Positions 1-12,189 of a stretch of DNA of 64,000 bases are shown here, one piece after another (position 1 is the first letter of the stretch; each line of letters starts with the position of its first letter). Source of the DNA: Zancudomyces culisetae HAW-14-8 (lineage: Eukaryota > Fungi > Kickxellomycota); assembly GCA_052426225.1 (NCBI GenBank), contig JBNJNM010000021.1, positions 3,368,750-3,432,749 of the forward strand. Reading direction: 5' to 3'. Below the pieces are notes generated by a model that was not told where the DNA came from, ran no database searches, and saw only the letters and a program-made list of their open reading frames with translations. Position numbers and translations under genes: made by a program.

Positions 1-85
1 GAAATAAAAGAATATAAACCTTGCTATTGTAACTATTAGCTTTATAGACACACTCTAGTTAGGCAGACTTTGGTATTTGAGGAAC

Positions 86-3000
86 ATGGGGACTGAAAAA
101 GGTAATGAAAAGCCGAGCAGTGTAGGAGCTGGAGCTAGTTTTAGACTTGGGATTAATTCGCTTACTGATAACGAGCTGATTGGTATTTTCAGTAATTTGG
201 AGCCCGAGCATTTGGTAAGTGTCAGGTCATCATAATATTGAAAACTTTGTCATTTCTTTATCATGGCTAAGAGCTGGTATTTTCAATTTCTAACCAAATT
301 CTTCTTTTTTCTTTCAATGGGGGCGGAAAATATTTAAATTAATAGAAAGTGGCGTGCACTGTTTGTACTAGATGGTATAAAATCATTTTAAACGAAAGTT
401 GTTGGAAAAACGCACTTGTGTCTTACTTTGATGGCACTTTACCCTTTGAGCTTTTGGATTTGACCAAACTCAATTGGGTTTATATTCACCGGTCAAAAAC
501 TAAACAAAAAACAAGTTTTATTAGCACGAAGGATGACGAAAATGACTCGACCTCTAAAGTGGTAAACAAAAGTAAATCTAAATCAGGATCGCATATACTT
601 TCCTATGGTGATTTAGTGGCAACTCCAAAAAAGAAGTTGCTTTTCAAAAACACCAACAGTACTGCTAATAGTAATACTGGCGGTACAGGAGGCAAAGTAG
701 AAGATATATTTACACAGCAAACTGCGGCCAGAAACACATTTTGGAAGGCTGAATATATATGTAGAAGCGAGTTGTTAAATCAATGGCGATATTCATACTC
801 GCCAACTGTACGTGGTGAAACAAATCGGATTGTTCGAAGGCAGTGCGAAATGGGAATTACTACTGTTCACAAAATATATTGTAGTACTGAGAACAATTGG
901 ATGCTTTCAGTATCTTTGACCCAGGGTGTTTGTGTTCGTTCGGATATGAATATTAGTACTTTTGGTAAAATCGAAAACCTTAAAAATGATCTTTTATATT
1001 GCAACGGGAGTTTAAATGGAGTGGTAGATGGTGTTAATGGGATTGAAAATATTAATATTAACAATAATAACAATAACAATAACGTCGACAATGATACAGA
1101 GGTCAACCGACAAGATCTTCGGCTACAACAGCGACACCAAACAAGCACACGGATGCAAACCGTGGTTTTTTCAACTTCGAACCGTGTGCTGAAAAGGGAA
1201 AAACAAAAAGCAAAATCTAATACTACACACTCTCGGGATAATAGCCAAAAGGAATACCACGATGAACCCAAATTCGAGATGGAGCGATTGGTTCTTGTTC
1301 TGTGGGGAGGATACCATGTTGGTTGTGTTTATATTCATCATTTATACGCAAAGAGTGGCAAATTCAAAAAACACGTAACCACGGAGTCTAGATACTGGCA
1401 CATTGGTAGTGTAACCAGCTTGGCACATGCTAGACTCTCACCAATTGTTGGTGATTTAAAGGGGAAAGAAACAGCTTGTTGTTCAAAGCTTTTCGATTTG
1501 AATAATACTAAAAAAAGCCACGACAGCCATTCTTGTGGTGATGGTGATGGTGATGGTGATGTTTGTGATGAACCAAATGATACCAAGACATTTGAATTGC
1601 ACGACTATGTGGTTTCAGGCGGGATAGATGGGACGATAAAAATCTGGTGTATGGAAACTGGGAAATTTATTACACAGTACAGTTGCAAAACCAAGTGTAT
1701 AATTGCTTGTATCAAAATAGTTGCAAATCGATGGATAGTTGCAGGAACGAATGTTGGACAAGTTGTAATCTGTGATACCTCTTTGTTGTCCAACAAGGCT
1801 AATTCGCCACCATTAAAAATCGGGTTAGATGCGGTGGTGTATATAGACAATGGGATTGGAGTTGGATATGGTGCGCATGGATGGACAGTGACTGATATCT
1901 TGACTAATCCTCGTCGCCCACATCTGTTTATTGTTAATTATGTGTGTATTGAGACAGTTGGTGTTCCTCAAGGGAAGCTATGCATGTATAAATTAGGTGC
2001 AGTTGGAAATCCAGTCACATCAAAAAGCAGCACTACGAACGAGGTAACTGAAATTATCAAAACTCTCGAGTTTTGTTGGGAAGGTATGAATGCATTGACA
2101 AGTTTGACTTGGGAGTCTTCAAGTCAGAGACATGAAAACTATTCACCTCTTGGTTCTACAAACAAGCCAAAAAATGACGTTGGCGTAAACACACATAAAA
2201 GCACAGACAACTATGAGAGCCTTAGTGATACTACTCCTGCAATCCTAGCTGCTGGAGATATCCTTGGTAATGTGTATTTATGGGATACATTTAAGGATTT
2301 CCGAAGCCAACCCACACGTTTGCATAGTCTCGGCCCCCCACCTATTTCTAGTGCTAGAAACGATGTCACAAAGACTGCTACCCCAATGAGGTCACTATGT
2401 ACAGGACACTCCTCTATGGTTGTCAAGATATGTTATGATTCTCTAAAGTTGGTTTCAACAAGTAACGATGGTGTTATCATTGTTTGGGAACCTCTAGTCG
2501 GTTCAATCTTGCGAAAAATTCGAGTGCGTGGAACTAAATATAAAAGGCAAAAGTATGCTACAGGCGGACCCACATACTCTGTTCAGGAGCTACATCAACG
2601 TAGCTCCCCTAATCAAGTGCCTGTTTTGTCTCAACTAGAAAATGATCTCTTTGTCGTAGAATCCCTTGCAATATCCACGCTTTCTAAAAAACCAAAAGAA
2701 CATTTTGCGGATTCTTCGAATTTCTGTTATCCTCCTGGGTTTATTTCTGCTGCAGATGCTAGGGGTGAAGGGGGGGATCGACTACATGATTCTTTATATC
2801 CATTCATTTCAGAATCTCACCCTAACTATGGCTCCTTGATCAGTGATGTTGTATCCACTTCGTATGACAGCTTTGTTGTGGCTACTTGCTCTCATTTGGT
2901 TAAATTCAATTGTTCACCTAGCCTATTCACATTTATCAATCCAAATCTCTCGGAAGATTTGTCCTCTGTTGTCTTTGAACTTCCCAACTCTCCCAATCTC

Positions 3001-3831
3001 CCAGCCCAATCCCGATCACATTTCCAACCCAAACCATCCTCCAAACTGTCCTCATCTATTTTTACCAGCCATTTAAATGATACTTCGCATCACCGCTCTG
3101 GACTTGTTGGAAAGATTAATCATAACCAGATTCCATATTCTCTATCGCTATTACTATACAACATCAACTATGGAAACACCATCAATTTGTCCCGTTTGGC
3201 TGCAATGTCCAACACTGGTACCAGTACTCGGACTTCTCTACTTAACAATGCTCCAAACGGTACCAACAGCGCTAATCCCAGTAGTGGTTTGTCATCGACT
3301 GATAAAAAGGTTGTAAATTCTGAAATAAAAACACAACTAGCACTTCATAGGACCAATTATGAGCTGGAAAGACAACAAAATATTGATGCTGCTGAAACGC
3401 GTGAATATTTAGCGAGGCAATATTTCGAGCCGCAGGAAAGCCTTGGGTTGGGATCAGGTGATGGCAATGACTATGAAACTCTAATTTCGTACGCCAAAAT
3501 GCTTAGTTTGGAAGATGATAATAGTTATATTGTAGAAACAGACACGGGTTATTTACCTGTTTCAGATTCCAATACGTGCGCAGGCACGAGTGCCAATGCC
3601 AGTTCAAGTGTCAATACTGGGACACTTGACTATCAAAGCAACTCGCTCAGTCTTCCTCTGGACAAGGACCACTTTGGTGCAGGTGAAAATCCTGGTTCAT
3701 CTACAAATGCAAATGCAAATGCAAATGCAAATGCAAATGCAAATGCAAATGTAGACAAAGATTTTGTTTTGCAAGGACTGACGGAAGAAGAAATGTTAGA
3801 ATATGCGTTGTTTCTTTCAAAAAACGCTTAA
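86..3831 (+). CDS. F-box / WD40-repeat protein with C-terminal UIM-like motifs (Pof10-like architecture); exons 86-214 and 346-3831
   Basis: ATG at 86 gives ...SLTDNELIGIFSNLEPEHL. The intron 215-345 (GTAAGT...CTAAC...TAG, phase 0) joins it to KVACTVCTRWYKII, completing an F-box. WD repeats include VVSGGIDGTIKIW and GHSSMVVKICYDSLKLVSTSNDGVIIVW. UIM-like motifs: YETLISYAKMLSLE and LTEEEMLEYALFLS. Confidence 0.85.
3704..3751 (+). repeat. (CAAATG)8 coding microsatellite encoding poly(Asn-Ala)
   Basis: Direct reading of eight perfect hexamers. Confidence 0.95.
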
Positions 3832-3989
3832 AGTAATTCTATTTTCTTGTGAATTGTTGATTTAATTTAATTCGGTTTGTTTTTATTTATTGCAGTGTAG
3901 CTGGTTGTAGGAAAAGTTTGGAGATTTGATTTTGAAACATTTTCGTGTTCCGCTGTCTGCCCTGTAACCTCTTCATTTTCGCATATAGT

Positions 3990-4850
3990 TTTAGTACCCC
4001 ACCCCCCCACCCTTGGTAAGTGATCTATGGCAGCAGCCATTGCTAAATAGAGCCAATAGATCGGATGTACTGAACTGCCTAGTTCATCCTGTAAGTCATC
4101 CAGGGTTACTATGTTTTCTTTTTAGTCAACAATCATTCTTGATAATGCTAACATCAATCCTTCTTTTTTATTTACAAGCATTTCCCTATGTTTTAGTGTG
4201 ATTGTTGTGCAAGAAAAATAAATGCATTACGGGAACTCCTTCCAACACAGGTGTGGTTTGGAGATTCTGTTTAATAGTATTGGTTTCTAAGGCCTCAAGG
4301 ATTTTGCGGGTTATTATTGGGGGTTCATCATGCAATAATCCAAGTTCAACCCTGAGTCTACAATTACATATATTTTGCGATGTTAAATTGATACATGAGC
4401 AAGTTTCTTGGTATAGCAGAAAAACAAGCCAAAACATTAAAAAATACATATAAAAATACAATCTTTTACATGATTGATGCTTCAATCCACAATGCATGAA
4501 GTGCTTTCATAATAAGCTGTGCTCATAAAAGAAAGATCTCTTAACAAAGATCTCCATTCTAAAGATGGCGGCGTTCTATACCGTATAGTAATTTGTTCAA
4601 GTGGAATTGACAGAGCCCAAGGCACCCAATTGCCTGAAGGCGTATACATTCTCAAAAATCGATACTGTTTTTATTTAGTTAATCCACCCAAGAGTGCCTG
4701 ATTGCTATCATTCACCTCCTTCCACTTTCCCTCTATTTCTGCTTGGTATACACATGAGAATCCTCGCTTCAATTTTTGGCATGTGATCACTTTCAAGTTA
4801 TTTTTTGGCCACTAGAAAATTATTATTGGGATTCCAACCAATTGGAGCAG
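3990..4850 (-). pseudogene. Possible decayed coding region of unknown identity
   Basis: More GC-rich than the flanks. Minus frames read as protein-like but broken (ENIVTLDDLQDELGSSVHPIYWLYLAM; EIEGKWKEVNDSNQALLGGLTK*KQYRFLRMY). No family recognised. Confidence 0.25.
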
Positions 4851-5978
4851 CTAATAGCATCATTTTTAAAATCGCTAGCATGTTTTTTGCTCTGCTTGTG
4901 TGGTTTCAATTAACAGCTCAAGAATAACAACGTATCTACGAGAAACAATTCTGGTTTTCATATACAAGTAACATGACGTTTAGGTACACCATACTGTACC
5001 TACTATATCTATTACGCCTATCACACCAAGTTTTACAGTTTGAGCTCCTAGGACGGTTGAGGTATGGGTGATATAAGATGGTTGTTTGAATCTTTAAATA
5101 CACGCTAGTGCTAATAGTATCACGATATCCATAAGAATGAAAATGATTTAATAATTGTCTTTCTATAATTCATTCAAAAAAACTTGGCTTTGGCAATGTT
5201 TCTATGATGTAAGATGAACATGCAATGGAAGATCAAATATATCATAGAATAATAGCTATTCTCTCACGGTTACAGAAAGCTAGCACTCTCAAATGATCAT
5301 TCAACTGGTCTCTTGTCGCTCCAGGTAGATTTGTGATTTTTTATTGAACAACACCTTTTACTTCTCTGTGCTATACAACCTAAGAAAAAAAAAACAATAT
5401 CCGTTTAGAGAAAAAAATCAATGCAGAGCAAAATTGACTTTTCCTCGATTTTATTCGCAGGTATTCATCAATTTGAGGATTCTTTTTCTTATGAGATTAT
5501 TGATCCACTAGCTAGTAATAAAGTGCAAAATATGTAAAACTATTCATACGAGTTAATAGGGTCAAGATACTACAAATTGTTGTTTTTCCAGCGATGAGCG
5601 CCAATGATAAGACATAGTTTACCATAAATGCTTTGTCCAAGTGAATACTTTATGTTTTTAAACCATTTTTATTATACTGTTTTATGGTTGTTATACTATT
5701 TTCCTAGTTTTGTCAAGCGTTGTTTTCGGTCATATAAATAGCTTGATCAGCAATCTGAAGTAGATGAAAGCTAAATTTATTTTAATCAGTATAATTATAT
5801 AAATAATCCTGATATAGACGTTTAAAGTAATAATAGTTGTTAAATACAACGTGATAATTTGACAAAGAGAATAGGGTATTTTCTGCTAGCCCTAAGATTA
5901 CAATTAATTGATTTATTTTTAGTAGTATGAAAGAACAGTGAAACAATTAGATAAGAACATATACTAGTACAACAAAAA

Positions 5979-7934
5979 ATGAAACTGAATGTAAACGTGT
6001 TACTAAACACGATCTTAAATATAAGCATTGCAAGCTCGTCGATACTGAGAGCACCGGAAGGGTCGGAAGTAGGTAATTTTGCGCAGTTCGCACGTAGAAA
6101 ATATGAAAACCTAAAACCAGTAAATAAAAGATGGAATCCAGTATCTTGTTCATTAAATAAGAGAAGCAACTACACAAAAAGAGAAGATGCTGATACTGGA
6201 GTTGGTAATGCTGATACTGGGGTTGGTAATGCTAGAGTTTCAAGCCAGGAAATGTTTGACAACTATCTTAAGTATTACGGATTATACGGTCTAGATATTG
6301 ATATGACTCCATACAAAGAGGTATACGATGCGGTTAGGCTACCAAAACAAATCTTTTGGATGGTATTTGGCTTGCTTTGGGCAGTTTATGTAGTGGTCAC
6401 AACAGTAATGTATATGAGGCTTCCAAAAAGCACAAATGAGTTTAAATTTAAAAAGAAGAGTATGACACTCGTGGTAGTTGTGACAGGGTTTATATACACA
6501 TCGAACTTGATTGCTCAGGAAGCACTTATTCCAAGGTATCCATGTTTCATCAAGCTGTTCATTGCATACACTATGCTGGCCATCTTTTTGATAACAATGC
6601 TGTTTAGAATTTTCCATTACTATTGTCAGCTCAGGATTAACAGTTCCAAAACAAAGATTTCAAGTTTGATAAACGAGGAAATGGAAATTGCAAAGGCTAG
6701 AGGTGAAAAACACGATTCAAAAGGAGAAGAACTGCCGGGGGCATATGGCCAGAAAAACATACTGGATGAAGCAAAGAAAAATATAAGATTTACAAAAAAA
6801 CTAATGAAACTCACAAGCCAAAGAAACTTTTTGATCACCATTGGTGTGTTTGCAGCAATAGGAATTGCACTATCTCTATTTTTTACGCAAACAGAGGAGT
6901 ACAGTATATCACCAATCAACTATTATTGCTCAACTTCTGAACATGGCTCTTCCTATTACATATATCTTATAATTATAACAACATTGGTATTATTTGTACC
7001 ACTTATCATGCTGTGTACTGGATTCAAAGATGCTTTTGGACTGCAACTGGAACTAATATCCTCCATGATTGTTATGTTGTTGATGTATATTTCAGCGAGT
7101 ATCTACAGTATTTATGCGGATTTAAAAATATTTATAGTTGCTACCGGCTCGGTGTTTGTTATAATTGTATTTATTGTACAGTACAACCTTTGTATAACTG
7201 TTCCACTGATTAGGTACAAGAGAAAATGTGCTAAAATATACTTTGGCAACAAGACTGAAGATAAAAAGAATGAGATGACACGAAAGGCGCAGTTTGAAGG
7301 ACTGCTATCATACTATAGCGGATTTGTACGACTTATGTATTCGGCCTCTATTTCATTTTGCCCAGAAAATGCAGAGTTTCTTAAGGATTATCAGGCTCTA
7401 AAATACGTAGTTTGTTCCTATTTGTCTTCTGAATTGGAAATGAGCAAAGCAAGTAAAAAGGGTGGTAACTATAGTAGTTCAAAGGAGTATAGCAATGTCA
7501 ACTTGTCTGGTGACCCAGCTAAGGATGAGAATGGTGATTCTCTGGATCTATTTGAGCTCATTGATCTAAATATGCTTATTTCAGGAGACGTTGTCCCTCC
7601 ACTACCTGGAACAATTGCTGAAGCTGTATACAAAATGCAACTAATGCCAATTCTGAATAAAATCAATGAAGGCGAAGGTGTTGTTGGCAGAACCACCTCT
7701 AAACAGACCAAGGTGCCTAAAAAGCTTGTTTACAGGTTTAGAGGTATTTACCTAAAGTATCTTGAGAAGGACGCCTTACTCGACATTGAATTATCCGAAA
7801 AATCGATTTTAACCAGCATTACCGAACAAGCAAAGAAAGAAAACTACACACTCAGCATCTTTGACAAGGTGCTTGAGGATGTGCTTAAGAGCTTATATGA
7901 AAATACCTACCCTGTTATGTTGGAAAAACTATAG
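5979..7934 (+). CDS. 7TM receptor fused to a C-terminal RGS domain (GprK/AtRGS1-like architecture)
   Basis: Signal peptide and about seven hydrophobic segments, including YPCFIKLF and KDAFGLQLEL. RGS motifs FCPENAEFLKDY, IYLKYLEKDALLDIELS and SIFDKVLEDVLKSLYENTYP are split by an insert. Confidence 0.8.
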   Translation: MKLNVNVLLNTILNISIASSSILRAPEGSEVGNFAQFARRKYENLKPVNKRWNPVSCSLNKRSNYTKREDADTGVGNADTGVGNARVSSQEMFDNYLKYYGLYGLDIDMTPYKEVYDAVRLPKQIFWMVFGLLWAVYVVVTTVMYMRLPKSTNEFKFKKKSMTLVVVVTGFIYTSNLIAQEALIPRYPCFIKLFIAYTMLAIFLITMLFRIFHYYCQLRINSSKTKISSLINEEMEIAKARGEKHDSKGEELPGAYGQKNILDEAKKNIRFTKKLMKLTSQRNFLITIGVFAAIGIALSLFFTQTEEYSISPINYYCSTSEHGSSYYIYLIIITTLVLFVPLIMLCTGFKDAFGLQLELISSMIVMLLMYISASIYSIYADLKIFIVATGSVFVIIVFIVQYNLCITVPLIRYKRKCAKIYFGNKTEDKKNEMTRKAQFEGLLSYYSGFVRLMYSASISFCPENAEFLKDYQALKYVVCSYLSSELEMSKASKKGGNYSSSKEYSNVNLSGDPAKDENGDSLDLFELIDLNMLISGDVVPPLPGTIAEAVYKMQLMPILNKINEGEGVVGRTTSKQTKVPKKLVYRFRGIYLKYLEKDALLDIELSEKSILTSITEQAKKENYTLSIFDKVLEDVLKSLYENTYPVMLEKL

Positions 7935-9417
7935 CACCTTTATACCCTTTTTTCTTTTTTCTTTTTTCTTTTTTCTTTTTTCTTTTTTCCATTGTATATA
8001 TATGTGTAAGTGTAAGTGTAATTTATTTCAATTTTTTGTATATAAGTCTAATAAAGTAATGATTTTGCAGTAAATAAATAATTAATAAGTTTGTTTTCGG
8101 TATGAAGCCTCTGGAGGGTTGAAGAAATCAGTTAAAATTGAAATACATAGAGTTTGTTTACAGGGTATTATTGTGATATTTATTTAAAAAGTTACCAAGT
8201 CATAAAGGTACATAAAAATACACAATATAAGTTTAGGATTGATGGCTTTGGCAACCCACTACTACTAGGATATGAAGTTCCTTACATTAAAATGTTGTTT
8301 TTCTATCTAGATAGCCTTTCAGTAATATAGGTGATAAACCCTAACTCAAATCCACTAAAAAAATGCAATACAAAAAAGTGAACTTTTACTTCGAATCCAT
8401 AAATAATTATGTGTACCACTAATTTAATAGAGAAGATTTACGGTAAAGCTATTGGAAGTCAAGTGGTTAGAGTTTTCCCAAAAATAACCAATTAATATAA
8501 TTATTTTCGCATTAACACTGGTTTTTCTGTGCTGATAACAGAATTAACACCAGAAATAGCCAAGTTTAATACTGGAATAGTAGTATAGAAAAGGACATGT
8601 AACAAACTCGGTTTTTTGAGTATCAACTCTTGTAATCCTATAGCCATTGATTATTGAAACTGTATTACTATTGAGCTAGAAAATTGTGGATAGGGTGGAA
8701 CGCACCTATAGTTGAGTTTGCATAGTAGTCTCGAGTTTTTGATAATTTAAAAAACTTTTTTGAACTAGTCTAGATGAATGTATTTAAAATTAAATAAAAG
8801 GATAAGGGGTTTGTAGTGATATTCCCAATTAAGTACAAAATAACCGAGAATCAGAAAAAGAAGTGATCTTTGCTAAATACACAGTAAATTCTAGGCATTT
8901 GAAGATAAACGAAAAATTATAATCCTTGCGAATAAGAGAAGCCTTTGCAAGCAGAGGTCTAAATTCGTGTACATTTTTTTCTAGAACAGAGTGCACTCAT
9001 AAAATGAAATAGGTGAGGTAAAATAATACGCTTACTATGCGTACAATTGGGTTGTAAGCTCAAAAATAAGTTCAAGAGAATCGTTTTTTATTATATTATA
9101 GAAGAAGAGTTAGTAATTCCTGCAAAGCTAATAATTTTTTTCCAAAACTTGGTCTAGATTATTGTCAATATTTAGGTTTGAATTTTATGTTGCCGATCAC
9201 TGCGCATATTTAAAGAAAAAAGTAGCGTTTTAGCATAATATTGAAATACATGGAGCCTGGACAGCTTGTAATATGAATATCGAGAGTCACAACAGGTAAT
9301 TCTGCCCTAAGTATAATAGAAAATAACTATATTGCCAAGTTCATAAACTTAATGCTTCCGGTGAATTTATTTTCATAGTACAATGCTTTTGGATACATCA
9401 CGTAGCTCGTGAAAATG

Positions 9418-9425
9418 TATATAAA
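9418..9425 (+). promoter_or_regulatory. TATA box of the 9521 gene; similar boxes at 11504(+), 15124-15130(-), 25428(+), 27107-27113(-), 30989(+), 36069-36076(-)
   Basis: TATA(T/A)AA lies about 80-150 nt upstream of an AAA-ATG start in each of the small secreted protein genes. Confidence 0.55.
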
Positions 9426-9520
9426 CTGCTGCTTTTTTCTTACAAAAAAATCTATACCTGCTTTCTGTTAAAGCCTAACAATTCAAAATAGAATAGAATA
9501 AAGAAAAGAAAAACTAAAAA

Positions 9521-9967
9521 ATGATCAAATCAGTAATCCTCAGCGCCTTGGTAGTTAGCTCAACCTTTGCTTACAATGCGCAGAATGCACAGAACCAAGA
9601 TGTACAAGCATCAGGTGAAAACGATATCTTGGAATCCAACTTCAATGAAATGGACGACGAGTGCAGACCCAGACGCAGAAGAGTCAGAAAATTGACAGTT
9701 GAATTATCTGACTATACTAACTTTAACCGCATTATAGGTACTTTCAAAGCCAAGCCAAACAAGTGCTATGCAGCTCCCGGATTTGCATCTGCAAGAATGA
9801 GTGGAGTGAGTGGAACTAGAGGTGCCATGTTGTTCTGCAATCAGGTTAATTGTACAGGTAGATGCTTTGTCGCACTTAGAAGCGCAGGAAGCCAAGTTAA
9901 TAATATTTATGGACAACTTGGTTGTAACCGTGCAACATCTTATTCATGGATTTCTCCATACTTTTAA
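9521..9967 (+). CDS. Small secreted Cys-containing protein, beta/gamma-crystallin-like family, paralog 1
   Basis: Signal peptide MIKSVILSALVVSSTFA; motif KCY...S...G...C-x4-C-x-G-x-C...SxxW shared with four other genes in the window. Confidence 0.85.
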   Translation: MIKSVILSALVVSSTFAYNAQNAQNQDVQASGENDILESNFNEMDDECRPRRRRVRKLTVELSDYTNFNRIIGTFKAKPNKCYAAPGFASARMSGVSGTRGAMLFCNQVNCTGRCFVALRSAGSQVNNIYGQLGCNRATSYSWISPYF

Positions 9968-11583
9968 ATTTTGAAGCAATAGCTGCTACCGCTTTTGAAT
10001 TATGTAGTTTATTAGAATAAGTAGATAAATAAATTACATATATTAATCAACTTTTCAATTTAAGTGTGGTTTCCAATATTAACTTGAGATTGGAGTTAGT
10101 ATGATGTTTTTGAATCAATCGTTTAATTCAAAGTCATTTCAATCAGGAATGTCTCAATTATCAGACACAATATTGTGTGTATTACTCTATTTATTAATCA
10201 AATAGTTTTCTAGATACTCATTTTTTTCGATTAATTTCTAACCATAATAATAGGTGGTAACACATAATGTAATAATGAAGTTGTGTTCAAAATCTAATAC
10301 ATAATGACGTGCGAATTAAAAATATCAAATATAGTTTGCTTTAAAATGAAAAAAGTATATTTAAAATATGATTTAAACTGATAATCTTGTTCTTCAAACT
10401 CAATTTCAATTATCTGAGTTAATCGGGCAGAAAATAAGTGTGGATAATTGTGTTTGCTCATCTATAATAATAAGCATAGTTTCAACCAACCAAATCAATG
10501 CTTTTAAGTTCAATATCACAGGATGAAAACGGAAATGATTTACTTGCTGAATATGTAGATTTTTGGCTTTTTTCTTAACTAACACGTTTTTCGAGTATAG
10601 TGAGTTTTGCAGGAAAATCATAGATAAGCTTCTGGAGGAAAGAGTTAAACCTTAAGCTTTCTGGAATTATTCGGGATACTAAGACCTCTTGAGCTAAAGA
10701 AGTGGCTTCCACATGCAGGTTTCTGAACAAAGTCCTTTTCACCTTGTTACCTAGCTATGAAAAGCATTAATTGTAGTCCCACTCCCCTTGAACCAATATC
10801 CCTCAGGTACCGGGTATTCTAGAGAGTTGGAATGATGATGCGATGAACTTAGTTTAGTTAATTGTTTTTTTTATGAACTTTTTGATATCTAGATAAATAT
10901 TACTCAGTCAGAAAAATAAAATTTGACAATATACAATAAAAAAATTTAATTGTATTGTTATCTATACGTTCCTATTGTTCGTTTGAAGCAAATTTACAAT
11001 AACTGTATTGTACTTACAGTGCTAGAACGCTTTTCTTTTGTAAAACCTGTAATAATATTTGTCCTCAATTCTTTTCTTTTTTTCGGAATGCTTGTTATCA
11101 TTTTATTTTACTTATTATTTTACTTTTATCATCTGCTCACCTTCTACATATTTATACCTCAATTGAAATTTGTCAAATATGTTGGTGTTCGACTGTTTGT
11201 ACGAGCATGTATTTTACAATTATGTTTAGAACTATTTAGAATTATGACTAGCTGTTAAACAAAAAAGATCAAAACGTTCTTCATTTCCGTGGCTGTACTA
11301 TAACCATAATAGTGTTTGTACTAAAAATAACACTTTCACGGTTTGTTATTAGCGCAATAAACCATCAAGGTGATGTTGTGGTTTATAAAAAATTTCAACT
11401 TAGAAGCACTCAAACCCAACTCCTTTACAACAAAAGCATAGTCTAAATTAGCAATAGTTGTAGTATGTTTAGGATCTTGATACTCTAAAATACAAAAAAA
11501 AACTATATAAGAGGAATTAGTTTCTTTACCATTTTATCAGACAAACCTAACCCTCAAATTATCAACCACTCAAAAAAAGTAAA

Positions 11584-12189
11584 ATGAAATCATTAACCCT
11601 TTCCCTAACCGTATTAGCACTTTCAGCCGGAACCGCTATTGCAGGACGTAGCGGTGGTCACGGAGGACATCATGGAGGCCGCCACGGTCACGGCCACCGA
11701 GGATACAGACACAGACACAGATACTGGAGAAATGGAATCTGGTACGATTACCCAGTTGCATACGCAGTAGCAGTACCAGTTACAGTTGGAGCCGTTGGAG
11801 CCGTCGGGGCCGTCGGAGCTGTTGGTACTACCTATGGAACTGGTGCAGCCGTCGCAACAGGATATGATAGTGGAGCTGTTGGTGCAGTTGGTGCTGTTGG
11901 CACTGTTGGCACTACATATGATGCTGGTGCCGTTGGAGCAGTTGGAGCTGTTGGCACTGCTGGCACTGTTGGCACTACATATGATGCTGGTGCCGTTGGA
12001 GCAGTTGGAGCTGTCAACACTGCATACGGAGCTGGTGCCGTTGGTGGAGTAGGAGTTGTTGGTGTAGAAACATACCCATCATACTACCCATTCTATGATG
12101 GCTTTTACTTTGATAGATTTGGTAGAAGACACAGATACAGACACGGCCACAGATGGCGTCACAGACATGGACACGGACACAGACATTAA
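11584..12189 (+). CDS. Secreted low-complexity protein: His/Arg/Gly-rich ends, central (GAV)n / TTYDAGAVGAVGAVG repeats
   Basis: Signal peptide, TATA box, AAA-ATG start, GC-rich codons and in-frame repeats. Confidence 0.85.
   Translation: MKSLTLSLTVLALSAGTAIAGRSGGHGGHHGGRHGHGHRGYRHRHRYWRNGIWYDYPVAYAVAVPVTVGAVGAVGAVGAVGTTYGTGAAVATGYDSGAVGAVGAVGTVGTTYDAGAVGAVGAVGTAGTVGTTYDAGAVGAVGAVNTAYGAGAVGGVGVVGVETYPSYYPFYDGFYFDRFGRRHRYRHGHRWRHRHGHGHRH

Noticed and set aside
867-3316. Short antisense or alternative-frame ORFs inside the F-box gene, and likewise inside the GPCR, gag and pol
   Set aside because: Shadow ORFs of longer, motif-supported genes.
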